From Octopus vulgaris (lineage: Eukaryota), in the NCBI GenBank assembly GCA_951406725.2, contig OX597814.1, forward strand, positions 173,042,001-173,106,000: DNA of 64,000 bases, written 5' to 3'. Shown one piece after another: positions 15,469-28,737 of this stretch (within the stretch, counting starts at the first letter, position 1; every line of letters starts with the position of its first letter). Under the pieces are notes generated by a model. It saw nothing but the letters and a program-made list of their open reading frames with translations, did not search any database and had not been told where the DNA came from. The position numbers were made by a program, and so were the translations under genes.

Positions 15469-16384
15469 GATGGGAAGAGTAGAATCATTACATATCGTCG
15501 CCAGTATTTGGTACTTTATATTATTGCTTCACCCAACCCTCGTAATGCAAAGTCCATCCCAGTAATATTTGAATGCAGAGCGTAAATCGATATAACTAAA
15601 TGCGTCAAGGCATTTTATCCTGCACTTTCACTCCACCAGCCTAGGAAATCAATATTAAAAAGAAGATAACCGTTGGAGTACGTTATTTTCTAATTAATAC
15701 TGTAAACGTGTGATTTATTGCTGAAGTTTATTTTTAATTAAAGAAACATTCGGCAATTAAGCAGAAAGACGTATACGGGCGAGGGTAATTGATAAAAGGA
15801 AAGTTGTTTAATTTTCACATAAAATTTATTCAAACAACTTAAGTAATATTGATGTTTTCTCTCGATAACATAAGTAATAGCCTGGCTAATGCAGTGGGGT
15901 GTGTATTTATTCTATCAACACTACAATAATGATAATAATTATTTATATTTCTCATTGATGCTTGATGTAATTTATAATTTACTGTTAAATCGGCTATATA
16001 AATATGGAGTGTTAAAAATGAAACAAAAATATCACTACTACGACGATGACACTTTTTTATTATATTTAAGCGATATACACGCTGTTTGAGGCAGTCTCAT
16101 ATATATTATACTACTGTTGCTTTAGGCGAATCTCTTACGCCAAAGCGTCGAGTAGTTCAAAATCTTGTCAAGTGAATGTTGGCTAAAAAGAAATTGTGTG
16201 GAAAGCTATCTGATAGATTATGCATGTCCTTAGGTAGTAGGCTTTATTTATCTCTAGATTTAACACTATCGCCTGGCCGTTTCCTGTCTTCAGCGAACTC
16301 TACTCAGTTGTGAGGATTTGTATCAGATCTAAAAGCAGGCGATAGAGGCGCTGAGTCATACTACACTAAGCCCACTGAGCCAGC

Positions 16385-16565
16385 GGGAAAAGCTCTATGT
16401 GAGTTTTTCAGTCTGCTGGAAATAACAACCAAATCTCCCTACCCACCATCAAACCTCACTATCTTACAAAAGAGAAGATACTAAGATAATACAATCATAG
16501 ATACCCTAAATCTGAGAACAATGCGATAGTCAAGGCTGGAAAGCCTTTGATTATGGAGATGCTTA
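16385..16565 (+). mobile_element. Old SINE-like repeat family D; related pieces at about 21700-22040 (-), 24820-25010 (-), 31300-31430 (+), 40270-40480 (+), 42040-42270 (+)
   Basis: Recurrent degenerate motifs gaaata.cagc.aaatctc... and atggtca.ggctggaa.gcctttgatcata...acctg.gg.taaacaac. Confidence 0.5.
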
Positions 16566-16723
16566 AAGGGCTTAGGGCTAAATACAACAGAGGATTTGGT
16601 GTAGTGCTTTCTTCCTCTTTCCATTATCAACTTTGGGGTCGTACAAGTCAAGGGCATTTTCTGTAGCTTTCTTATGTTCGCACGATCCCTTTCTGTCCTT
16701 TCAACTACTCCATATTCACTACA

Positions 16724-16755
16724 CCCGGCGTTGCTCGGGTTTGTTTCGACCCTTT
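16724..16755 (-). mobile_element. Solo Helitron H1 3'-hairpin fragment
   Basis: Reverse complement aaagggtcgaaacaaacccgagcaacgccggg matches 43045-43082. Confidence 0.7.
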
Positions 16756-17563
16756 TTTGCATTATGTAGCTTATTCTGTTTAAGTGAACATTTTTCTGGT
16801 TGAAATACACGTGAGTGGTTAACTGCAGCTCTGGGTCTGTGATCACTTTTTCATTCAAATGATAGTAGGTTTACACATATACATACGAGTGTGTATACGC
16901 ACAAACACAAGAAAAACTATGGTTAAAGATAACAGAAAAAAAACCATAAGGAAGTATACAAAGCATAAAAACCACGTACATATACGGATAAGCCCCTATG
17001 CACTCATACACACACACACACGCCCATATATGTACATACCCGCACATATTTATATACGCATACATACACACGCATATACAAAAATTGAACGCCAAGAAAA
17101 CCAACAGTTGCAGGTTTTCGGAGTTGCAGAGAACTCGTTGAAAAGGTTATATGCATGTAACGAAAGACTGACAGAACAAAGAATTAAAATTAATGAATAA
17201 ATCAGCAAAAGCCGCTGTTTTTTTTTTGTCTTTTTTTCTTTCTTGTAGACTGGCTCCCAGAATACAGCAATATAAACATATTGTCTTTCTGAAGCAGACA
17301 ACATAAAACACCTAAATGTATTAATTTACACACATTGCTATCATTCTATGAAAACTGTTTCCTATCACTGATAACACTTGCTGTCTATTATTGCAATAAT
17401 ATTTACTTTCGCAAAGCAGTAGAACAATTATTTTCATTTATTAAATCAATTGTACTGAAAACGCATGGCCATCGAAATTTTCTCTAGAATTTCAATATTT
17501 ATTTTATCAGCAGTTGTATTTCGAAAGATAAAATCGACATCATGAAGAAGATTCTTCTATCAT

Positions 17564-17985
17564 ACCTATTTCTTTACTACCCACAAGAGGCTACAGACAG
17601 AAGGGACAAACAAGGACAGACAAACGGATTAAGTCGATTATATCGACCCCAGTGCGCAACTGGTATTTATTTAATCAACCCCGAAAAGATGAAAGGCAAA
17701 GTCGACCTCGGCGGAATTTGAACTCAGAACCTAGCGGCAGGCGAAATACCTATTTCTTTACTACCCACAAGGGGCTAAACACAGAGGAGACAAACAAGGA
17801 CAGACAAACTGATTAAGTCGATTACATCGACCCAGTGCATAACTGGTACTTAATTTATCGACCCCGAAAGGATAAAAGGCAAAGTCAACCTCGGCGGAAT
17901 TTGAACTCAGAACGTAGCGACAGGCGAAATACCGCTAAGCATTTCGCCCGGCGTGCTAACGATTCTGCCAGCTCGCCGCCTTGAT
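17564..17985 (-). mobile_element. SINE family A, dimeric form
   Basis: Full head plus two about 185-bp B-box+body units; 15-bp TSD agattcttctatcat at 17549-17563 and 17986-18000. Confidence 0.92.
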
Positions 17986-18359
17986 AGATTCTTCTATCAT
18001 CCCATCTAACATACCAGAAAATGTTTCTTCCTTCGCCGACGAAGGATACTGTCCAACGCTTTTGACTCTCCGCCTCCTCCTGAGAAAACAATGTAGTCTT
18101 CTCTGTGATCTGCTACAGACCCAAAGATTTTGAGTAGAACTGAACAGACGGACATAGCAAAGGTCCTCAGTATACTCATTATAAAAAAAATTTCTAGCCT
18201 TCGTATATACCGTGTCAAGCTTTTTTGTTCTCTTTTTCAGTTGGATTTACATGGGTGATGTATGTATCCGTGGAATACTCATTCACTTACGTTACAATTC
18301 AATGAGTATTCTAAGGCGATGGAATAGCAGAATTATTATACCAACGGGTTGTATTTGTT

Positions 18360-19000
18360 CCGGTTCAATACGTTCTGATTTTGGATCTCCCTGAGGTCGC
18401 CTTGGGCTTTCAACCCTTCGAGATTGATAAAATAAAAATTAAAAAATAACAAATACAGCCGAGTACTGGGTTTGATATAATCTGTTGCTTCCCTCCACTA
18501 ATTTCAATCTTTGTGTCTTATGTTATAACAATTATTATTTAGGATTGTGAAACTGATAAGCAGAATCGTTAGCAAGCCGGCCAAAATGCTTAGTGGCATT
18601 TCGGCCGTCTTTGTTTTGAGTTCAAATTTCGCTGATGTCCATTTTGCCTTTTATCCTTTCAAGGTCGATAAAACAAGAACCACTTGAAAACTGGGGTCGA
18701 TGTAATCGATTTGGCCAGTCCCCCGAAATTGCTGGTCTGGTGCCAAAATTTGAAACCATTATTTAGGGTTGTGAAAGTGGAGAACTGGTAGAGTCGTTAG
18801 CATGCCGAACAAAAATGTTTAATGGTCATTTTTTTTTTTTGTGGCTCAACGTTCTGAGTTCAAATTTTGCTGCGGTCGACTTTGCCTTTCATCATTTCGG
18901 TTCCATAAAATAAATAGCATTTCAATGCTCGTGTCAATTTAATCAACTGACCCTCTCTCCGAACATTTAGCATTTGTACCTATAACTAGAAAGGATTGTG
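18360..19000 (+). mobile_element. Cluster of three diverged family-A SINE copies in tandem
   Basis: Three successive ttcaaat...gcctttcatc...ataaaa units; flanked by repeated tttagg.ttgtgaaa. Confidence 0.7.
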
Positions 19001-19509
19001 TAGGGGGTTATTTGGCAGAATTGTAAGAGAGTCGGATACTGAGTAAGTTATTCTGTTGATTGAGCAACTAGAAATTCATCATCAGCATTCTTTGAAGGAT
19101 TCGTATAGATACAATATAGATATATTTCCATGCAAACTGTGGACCCGACCTTTGCAAACTACTCATATCACATTATGTTGTGTATACTACGCATCGTGTA
19201 TTTTACGTTACCAGCTACACACAACATATATAGCATTAGAAACACTGCAGTCAACATGCTGTTAGTTATAGCGATTTATTAAAATAAATTTCATTTTCGA
19301 TTTACATGAAATTTTACAGTTATATTATGAGGATTGTGTCCATCAAGGGTACAAGAACTGAAGTTAAGAGGAGGGGAATAATCAGTTTATATCAATTTCC
19401 AGTAGAGTGTTACTTAATTTTATTGACACTGCTGATATGAAAGGCAACGTTCGTCTAGGTATGATTTGAACTCAAAACGTAAAGAGCCGGAAGAAATGCC
19501 ATGAGGTTT

Positions 19510-19582
19510 TTTGTTTGTTCTTTCTCGAGCCATGCCTGGCTCATTAGGGCCGGTTTCCGGGTTTCCTTGGCGTATAGATTCC
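19510..19582 (-). mobile_element. SINE tail homologous to 7525-7632
   Basis: tctcgagccatgcctggctcattagggccggtttcc is the reverse complement of the 7570-7610 segment. Confidence 0.75.
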
Positions 19583-19599
19583 AAGCAGTGATCTGAACA

Positions 19600-19644
19600 A
19601 AAACAACAACAATAACAACAACAACAACAATAATAATAATAATG

Positions 19645-19702
<58 letters not shown>

Positions 19703-19712
19703 CAACAACAAC
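19600..19712. repeat. (AAC)n/(AAT)n microsatellite
   Basis: Directly visible. Confidence 0.95.
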
Positions 19713-19714
19713 AT

Positions 19715-19886
19715 CGAAAAGTACCTTAAGAATGAAAACCCAGGTTAGAAATGTCCCCAAGACACGTGAAAAAGCCTGGAGGGTATATCAGCCGAAACGT
19801 AGTGTTAACAACAAACAAGATGAGGACAAATATCCGTCGAATGTAAATAATGTACATAATTCCCCATCTCTTGAATATAGAACTGG
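19715..19886 (+). mobile_element. Second P1 copy with a mutated hammerhead (19761-19806)
   Basis: gacac-gtgaaaa-agcctg(gagggtatat)cagcc-GAAA-CGTA-gtgtt; downstream aacaacaaacaagatgagga.aaatatccgtcgaatgtaaataa matches 5837-5880. Confidence 0.75.
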
Positions 19887-20118
19887 AGTAAATAAATACG
19901 CTTTAATGCAAATATGAAAGACGGAGGGGAAAAATGAAAATATGAATGTCTTTCTGTTCTCCTTTTCGTTTTTCTTTTTCTTCTGAAACTCTATCTACTG
20001 GTGGTGGATAAATATAATGATATGTCTAACCGTTTATCTATAGCTGTTTGCTATTAATCATGGACTAACTGCTATTTAGTAGCGGGTCATTTGTAATTTA
20101 GTAGACCTATCTATTATA

Positions 20119-20646
20119 TTTTACTTGTTTCAGTCATTGGACTGCAGTCATGTTGGGACAATGCTATGAACGGTTTAGTCGTACCAATCAAACCCCTCCG
20201 TACTTATTTTTCTTTTTAAACCTAGTATTTATTCTATCCGTTTCTTTTGCCGAACTGCTAAGTTACGGGGACGTAAACAAATCAACACCGGTCGTCAAGC
20301 AGTGACAGGGGACAAACACATACATACACAAAGATACGCACGTCTAAGTAGTGAGACCCCCTTCGGTCACGACACAGACCATGGGATTGCGCCCAGAAAG
20401 TCCGGTCAAGGTTGTTTATGGAAGACCAGCAGTCGCCCATGCATACTAGCTTCCCCTCTCCATGCCACGATGTTATCCAAGGGAAAGGCAAAGGGGCCGA
20501 TACAGCTTGGCACCAGTGACGTCGCAACTCATTTCTACAGCTGAGTGAACTGGAGCAACGTGAGATAAAGTGTCTTGCTCAAGAACACAACACGCAGCCC
20601 GATCCGGGATTCGAGCTCACAACCATCACATGTCTAAGTATATACT

Positions 20647-20679
<33 letters not shown>

Positions 20680-20848
20680 CGTGTGCGTGTATGACGGGCT
20701 TCTTTCAGTTTCCGTTTATCAAATCCACCCACAAGGTTTTAGTCGGTGTTATAGTAGAAGATACTTCCCAAAGGTACCACGCAGTGGGACTGAAACCAAA
20801 ACTACATGGTTGGGAATCAAGCTTCTTAACCACACAGCCACCCCTGCG
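20119..20848 (-). mobile_element. SINE family B interrupted by a family-C SINE
   Basis: B tail at 20119-20340, B head at 20690-20848. Confidence 0.85.
20351..20628 (-). mobile_element. SINE family C, 5'-truncated, nested
   Basis: Minus strand has B-box gagctcgaatccc then gttgtgttcttgagcaagacacttta; TSD gtctaagta at 20342-20350 and 20632-20640. Confidence 0.85.
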
Positions 20849-21539
20849 ATATGGTCAATAGCATTCTAGCGATGACAATTCCTTCATTTGGTATACCCGT
20901 GATTAACTTTCAACCCAGCCTTGTGCGTGTGCGTGTGTGTGTACACGTTAAAGACAGTAGGATATTGTCTAAAAGAAACATAGCTATTATTTCTCCCATG
21001 TCGAGAGACCACATAGACGGTTTCCCCGTTGGAGCGTTTTATCTACACAAAATATACTTCCTCAGTTGTGTGTGGAATGTTCACGTCTTGACTGACCTAT
21101 GTGCATTAGATGAAACTTGTCGTTTAGTTGCAGTCTACGAGATTATTTGATTTATACAGTAACACCGATCACGACTAGTAAGTAAATAAAGCTGACAAAC
21201 AATAATATTCCGATGCTGATTGTCTAATATTAGATTTGACAACATGTGTTACAAGGAGGATGGATAGATTTCTTTCTATGAATAAATTCAATATGGCCAC
21301 CGCTTTTCAGTTGATCAAGAGCGAAGTGTTTAACATGTAAAGGGAATTGTGAAACATCAAATATTGTCCCCTATCTTGTTTCGTATCATAAAAATAAGTG
21401 ATATTAATTCTATTTCTGCTTGCTATTGGGGAAATGTTTTTGTTTTTTTTAGTTATTTATTTTTGCTTTGTGTGTGTGTGTGTGTGTGTGTGTTTGTTGC
21501 TGTGTGTTGGTGGTGGTTCAGAGTTACTGTTGCGCTTGT

Positions 21540-21565
21540 AATAGTAGTAGTGACGGTGGCGGGAA

Positions 21566-21598
<33 letters not shown>

Positions 21599-22271
21599 CA
21601 GCGGCGTCATCATCATCATCATCAGCAGCAGCAGCAGTAGTAGTAGTAGTAGTAGTAGTAGTAGTTGTTGTAGTAGTAGTAGTAGTAGTAGTAGTAATTG
21701 ATGTTTTACCCCCAGGACTTAAATATGTTGCACAAATAAATGACCAAAGGTATTCCGACCATGACCCTCTCGTATGTGTAGAAGGTATCAGAGATTACAC
21801 CATCTAACGTGTCCTTTCTTTTCCCAAATCAGTAGCGTTGGGGAATTCTGATCAGGCAGACATAGGAAAAAGGTGCATTCCAGCCGTGACAATCTCATCT
21901 TTTCCCACTGTGTTTAGATCCTGTAACCACATTATCCAAATAAGTACTTTTTCAAAGACGGTGCTACAAAATTTCAAAAAAAAAAAAAAAATTAGCTACT
22001 ATTTCTAACTGCAATAACGCCCTCTTAGGGGCTCCCTCATGAGTCCCTAGTAGTAGTTGTAGTAGTAGTAGTAGTAGTAGTAGTAGTGATGGTGATGGTA
22101 GAGGTAGTGGTGGTGGCAGTGTTGTTAGTAGTAGTAATAGTAGTAGTAGTAGTAGTAGTAGTAGTGTGGTGGTGGTAGTGGTAGTGGTGGTGGCAGTGTT
22201 GTTGTTAGTAGTAGTAGTAGTGATGGTGGTGGTAGTGGGGGTGGCAGAGTTGTTGTTGTTAGTAGTAGTAA

Positions 22272-22329
<58 letters not shown>

Positions 22330-22500
22330 GGTGGTGGTGGTAGTGTTAGTAGTAGTGGCAATGTAGTGATAGTGATGATAGAAGTAGCAATAGTAGCAGC
22401 AGCAGCAATGGCGATAGTGGCGATAGTAATAGTAGTAGTGGTAGTAGTAGTAATAGCAGCAGCAGTAGTAGTAGCTGCAGTTGATTTTACTGTTGTAGTT
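21540..22500. repeat. (GTA)n/(GCA)n/(GTG)n trinucleotide arrays (two blocks)
   Basis: Directly visible at 21540-21696 and 22049-22500. Confidence 0.9.
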
Positions 22501-22789
22501 GTTTTTATATCTTGACCAGCTAGATTATTAATAGTGATAGATGTACTATCCACTATTGATATCAAATGATATCAATGGTAGATCATAATTAGATTTCGTC
22601 CATAATGTATTCTATGGATACTTGTCCCGAACGTAGATGCTGAGTATGATAAATGATAAATCCTACACCTTCACCTCACCTCACTGCCACCGCCGATTAT
22701 TGCGATCATAAATGTCACCATCTGTAAATATAAAGATGTCTCCGAAGACAAACGGTCAACATAGTTTTGGCCTTTTTCTATATTCATTC

Positions 22790-23395
22790 CCTTCTTCATC
22801 TTCTCCTCCAACTTCTTCTTTTTCTTCTTTTTCTTCTTCTTCTTCTTCTTCTTCTTCTTCTTCTTCTTCTTTATTTTTCTTCTTCCTCTTCTTCTTTATC
22901 TTCTTCTTCTTTTGCTTCTCCTTTTTTTCTTCTCTCTTTCTTCCTCTCTCTCCCTCTCTTTTTCATCTTCTTTTTCTTCTCCATCTTCTTCTTCACCTTC
23001 TTCTCTTTCTTCTTTTTCTTCTTCCTCCTCCTCTTCTTCTTCTCCCTCCTCTCTTCTTTTTCTTCTTTTTCATCTTCTTTTCCCTTCTCTTTTCCTTCAT
23101 CATCTTTTTTTCTTCTTCTTTTCCTTCTTCTTCTTCTTCTTCTTCTTCTTCTTCTTCTTCTTCTTCTTCTTCTTCTTCTTCTATGCGTCCTTTACTTTTT
23201 CATTTCCTTTTCTTTCGTAATTTTTCTTTTCTTCTAAGCCTTCATCTTTACTTTGTCACTTCTTTTTTTATTCATGTTGTCCTCCTCCTCCTCTTCTTCT
23301 TCTTTTTCTTCATCTTCTTCTTCTTCTTCTTCTTCTTCTTCTTCTTCTTCTTCTTCTTCTTCTTCTATTTCTTTTTCTTCCTCTTCTTCTTCGTC
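22790..23395. repeat. (TTC)n polypyrimidine low-complexity tract
   Basis: Directly visible; source of the poly-F/S/L/E ORFs. Confidence 0.95.
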
Positions 23396-24128
23396 CCCAT
23401 CTTTTTTATTCTCCCTAATATTTATCGCGTATATGCCCATAAACATGTGTAGCAGTAGTAGTAGTAGTAGCAGCAGCAACAGCAGCAGCCGCAACAGCAG
23501 TGGTGGTGGTGGTGGTGGTATTGATGATGGTGGTGCCGTCAAATATATCGCCTTTTACAAGAGCATCGCTGTTGTAAACAGTTTGAAGTAGTTTAACATA
23601 AAAACAATATATAGTTTCTACAACAAGTAGAGCAACGAACAGCTTGTCCTGGCGGGGTTATATTATTACATCACAACAAACAATGAATGGTGACAGTTCA
23701 ATTTCATAATTACATGCCGCTATTGGCTTTCTTCGACATAATCTATTTGGAATAGGTAATGTCGTAAAAATGCTTTCAACGCATCCAATTTATGATGCTA
23801 TTTCTTGGCATAAGCGGCATAAATTCTTGGCAAAACTATTCTCGTCGATGTGGAGTTCTATGACAAAACGAAGTAGTTTCAATATTCGATCGTAACATTG
23901 CAATTTATGTAACGACGGAACTTTTAAGAGTAAATATAAAATTTAAAACAACGACTTTCATTCATATTGCCCTGTTGTATTTCATTGCTGCGCAGTTAAG
24001 GTATTTCTTTTTGCATCACACACACACACACACACGTGTGTGTGTGTGTGTATGTTTGTATGTGTATATATATATGTATGTGTATATGTATATATATGTA
24101 TATATATTTACATATGTATATATGTATG

Positions 24129-24160
<32 letters not shown>

Positions 24161-24192
24161 TATATAGATACGTATTTATATTTACATATGTA

Positions 24193-24236
<44 letters not shown>

Positions 24237-24266
24237 TATGTATTTATATTTACATATGTATATATG

Positions 24267-24301
<35 letters not shown>

Positions 24302-25434
24302 ATGTGTGTGTATGCAAACACACACTCATACACAAACATATACATATGCACACACACGTATAAAATTCGAAAGGTGTGTAAAGTATCACAAGAGACAAGC
24401 TGGACACACACACATACATACATGTGTGTGCATGTATGTGCGTATGTGTGTGTGTGTGTGCGTATGTGTGTGCGCGTGTGTGTTTGTCCATTTTATTTCT
24501 GTTTATGTTTCTGATACTTTACACGTCTTACTCACTTTGATAAATTGGTAACAGAGTCTTTTATGGCAGAGAAATTAAGATGGAACGGAGCTTCGTTGGT
24601 CACCTGATACAAGCTTCGTAAGATAGCTATGGATACCGAGAAAAATGTTATGTCAACAATTTCGCTATTTTTCTTAGTTAAAATATTCGTAAGAAGGTAG
24701 CGCTTAGCCTCTGACAACGTTGGAATCGAAATCTGCCGAATATATGCTTGATAGTTTTTGGAGTCCTTCTACTGGGTTATGATTTCAAAAGATCTGAGAC
24801 ATCACATCGCCTACATTTGTTAATTGTTGTTCTTTAGTCCCAGGTTGACCCTAACTGAGTATACCGTTGATCATAAGCGTTTTATCCGTGATCGTCAAAC
24901 CTTTCTTTATAAATCTATGGATAAGTTTCTCTTGTTCGTATTTCCGTTCCTGATTAAAGATAATATGTGTAATTTGAGGTTATTTAGCTGCTGTTTCCAG
25001 CAGGTCTAACGAATTACCTAGCATCGGCCTCTACACTCTTATAAGTAGCTATAATAATCATTACTAAATTTCAAAAACCAATTCACTTCTTTCCAATGAA
25101 AATTCTTTTGTATCTATTCAAAAATGGCCTAAACTATTTTATAATAATCAAATATTACTAATGAGGAACATAAAACATAGGAAGGTTAGATCATCAGTTA
25201 AAATCCCTCGCAACATTTGTTCTGACACTTAACGTTTTCAGTTCAAATCCAACCTTCCTTATCCATGGTTCATACAATAAACTGTCAAATCAAGTACTTG
25301 AGCCCGTATAATCCACTTTTCCACTCCTCTAATTTTAGATGTGGATATTGTCATTCTGATTGCATATCGCTTTGATATATAAAGCTTGGGATATTTGTGA
25401 CTTACCTAAATCGAATGTTTACAGATTTTGTACA

Positions 25435-25648
25435 GAATGGTTTCAAATTGTAGCACAATACCAGTAAATTCGGAGGAGACGCTAAGTTGATCACATCGAC
25501 CCCAATGCTTATCTGGTATTTATTTTAACGACCCCGAAAGAATGGAAAGTAAAGTCAGCCTAGGAGCAATTTGAACTCAGGACGTGAAGACGGACAAAAT
25601 GCCGCTAGCACTTTTCCCGGTGTGCTAACAGCTCTGCCAGTTTTCCGC
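25435..25648 (-). mobile_element. SINE family A, monomer
   Basis: 13-bp TSD cagattttgtaca at 25422-25434 and 25649-25661. Confidence 0.88.
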
Positions 25649-25694
25649 CAGATTTTGTACATAATAATATTGCGCATTTAACGAATTTAAAGAT

Positions 25695-26743
25695 AACAGG
25701 AGCACTCAGAGAGTGCAAAACACCGCCAAGGCAACCAACTTCCTCACAACGAGTAGCCGGAGATGGTTTTTAAAATGAGAATACCTGAAATAAACTTGAC
25801 TGCTCTCACAAACGAGAATACGTAAAATGAACCCGACCGCTCTCAAAAATTAAGTAAAAATACCAGAAAAATAATCTAGAATCCTTGTCCGGTACATGAT
25901 TGATCCCAGCGGTAGTCATGGAATGTGAAGGTGAGTGTACGGGTCATGTTTGTAATGCTGTGTGCGTGTCATCTGCAGTGGGAACAGGGACAGTTTTCTC
26001 TATGAAGGCTTTTTTAGTCTATCCACTGATATAGTTCTTTTACAACCATTAAGGTCCACAGGGAAAATTTATCCGTGCGCGTAAGAAAACGGAAAGGACC
26101 TGCATACGGTGCTGTTAACGGAGGTTTAACAACATCGTTGCGCACAAAAACATGAGTCCAAAAAGTGAATCTTCCTTCAAGGCAGAGCTAGAAATGCAAT
26201 TGTGAAGTAGGTAAGAGGTTTTAAACCAGAGTGATATATTCAAAATTGGTAAAACTAAAAATTGTCAAGGATGAATTTATTATTGTTACTGAATATTTTA
26301 GTTATTTAATTTCTGAACGGTTGCGCTGCTGTTTGTTTATGTAGTTTGATTTCTTTATCCATCGGTTTCTACTAAGATAGAGACGCGAGTAAAATTAATT
26401 ATAGAGAAACGAATATAAAACTTTGGAAACAGCAACTCAACAATAGTTTACGTGGAAACCATGAGCATGCTTTCATGGGAGATAATCAGGGAAAGACTTG
26501 AAAGAACATGAGATTGTGATACTTCGTATGAAATAATGTAAATATAACAAATATTCCAGAATCTTTGTCCGGTACCGGATTGATCCCCAAATCTAATCAG
26601 TTCGTGCCAATTACGAAGCCAAACATCCCTGAAAGTTTCATCCGAATCCATCCAGCGGTTCTTGAGATATCTTGTCCACGGACAAACAAACAAACAAACA
26701 CGACTGAAAACAATACCTCCGCCTTCGCTAAGGCGGAGGTAAT
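25695..26743. mobile_element. Helentron-associated (HINE/DINE-like) non-autonomous element with an internal insert
   Basis: Starts aacaggagcactcagagagtgc (hairpin) + ccgccaagg; ends (aaac)n...tacctccgcctt-cgct-aaggcggaggta (12-bp stem, 26714-26741). Confidence 0.65.
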
Positions 26744-26997
26744 GACACCATGCACGCTAAAAATTGGTAATACCTTAGCTTCTTAGCAGTTTTTACATAG
26801 TTAAATTATCAGAAATGGCCGTGACGTTTGTAAAATTTGTTAACATGATGTTGTATAGTATAATATTTATATTGATTAGGAAGAAAGAATTGTCAAAAGA
26901 ATGTCATAAACATATTTCTAAACATAGGCTTGCTAAATCAAAGCCAACTCGTAGCTAAAAACATAAAGAACATACTCAAGCAATATATATGATGTGA

Positions 26998-27052
<55 letters not shown>

Positions 27053-27099
27053 GTATGTTCTGGGTGATTGGTTACTTAGGTATGTATGCATGTGTGTAT

Positions 27100-27170
27100 C
27101 TCATTATTCAGTTTTATTTCAAGGTTTCTAATCTAGATTCAAGGCTCCTTCATTGGAATTTCAACATTTT
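27100..27170 (-). mobile_element. (CATA)n-associated short repeat
   Basis: Reverse-complement homologue of 34135-34250; both abut (CATA)n arrays. Confidence 0.7.
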
Positions 27171-27392
27171 GTATGTATGTATGTATGTATGTATGTATGT
27201 ATGTATGTATGTATGTATGTATGTATGTATGTATGTATGTACGTACGTACGTACGTACGTATGTATGTATGTATGTATGTATGTATGTATGTATGTATGT
27301 ATGTATGTATGTATGTATGTATGTATGTATGTATGTATGCATGTATGTATGTACGTATGTATGTATTTGTATATGTATATATATATATATAT
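27171..27392. repeat. (TATG)n tetranucleotide array
   Basis: Directly visible. Confidence 0.95.
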
Positions 27393-27679
27393 GGACAATA
27401 TCACACGTGGATGGAGGATAACAGGTTTTATCATTAGATCACATTTGTTTCTGCACTGAACTCCAGCTTTAAGTTACTCTTACTCTTTTACTCTTTGACT
27501 GTGTCCATGCTGGAGCATATATATATGTATACATGTATGTTTGCAAATATGTATATCTGTACATGCATGTATGTGTGTGTGGATGAAAGCGAGTGGCAGC
27601 TGCAAAGCAAATGTCAGTATTGTGGATCAGGAACATATAGTTAACTATCCCGTGGAATTCATTTATATCCTCAACTCTA

Positions 27680-28600
27680 TCAAAGCAAATACTTCAACTG
27701 AAAAGTTTCGTCCAGTAATACTGCTGTGTAATTTATGTGTGCCTAAAACTGACTTACAGTAAAGCATTTTATACTACACAACATCGCTATTACTATTGTC
27801 TCTGGGTGAAGCAAAAAGAGATGATGCTATGATATCCAAAATTCTATCCATGCCAACAGAGCTGCGTTTTTGGTTTCGAGGTCTTCAGATTCCAGAACAC
27901 CAAAATCTTGCTATTTCAATCAGCAAATCCCAAAGGCAAATATTACTACATCCCGGGGAATACTACTTTGCTAATGGTGAATTGCTTGTAGATTGCTTAA
28001 GTGTTGGAGACATTCCCTTAATCTCCTTCTTTACATTATTGATGATAAAATCATAGGTATTGAGTATCCCGAGGTGATAACATGGCAATCTTACGAATTG
28101 CCTAAACTATAATGGATGTTAATCTAAATTTATGTAAACAAGGGTTCGTCGCAATCTTATTATCATATCTGCAAGTATTGCAGTTCCAATATTTGTATTA
28201 GTGTTTCCTCTGGGCACTCTGGTTTCTGCACGTTATAGGAATAATTATATTATTCTAAGAGTGATTTACCTCCCGATAATCCAGTTTCTATTCACTGCTC
28301 AAAATATTGTAAGAATTAAAATAGTTTAAGAATATGATAAAATATATTAAGTTCGAATGAAATATAACTGTTATTACGATGAAAGTAAAGAAAGTTTGCT
28401 TTAGAAGCATTAAGATGTCTAGAAAGTTAAGGAAGTAATTTTTTATTCTCAAACGCAGGATAATGCTAATAATATAGCATGAACAGGATAAACTTACCCA
28501 TATTTTGCAGAAAAATGTGTCGGCAGCAGAGTTCTGTAATATGATGGAATTGCATATGTCATATATGCAATTAAACTGCTAATTATGCGAAAAACTATTC
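27680..28600 (+). mobile_element. Decayed non-LTR RT
   Basis: KFRPVILLCN (RT YRPISLL motif, about 27703), FGFR-like (about 27868), GVR-like (about 28142), in the correct order. Confidence 0.5.
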
Positions 28601-28604
28601 TGCT

Positions 28605-28692
<88 letters not shown>

Positions 28693-28737
28693 CTGTTTTG
28701 TGAAGAGATACAATGAGTGTATAAGCGTGCTGTGATA

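Noticed and set aside
17885-17985. tRNA gene-like A/B boxes here and in other SINE heads
   Set aside because: No complete cloverleaf; continuous with SINE bodies and TSDs
22712-23591. 246-aa and poly-Glu ORFs
   Set aside because: (TTC)n repeat artefacts
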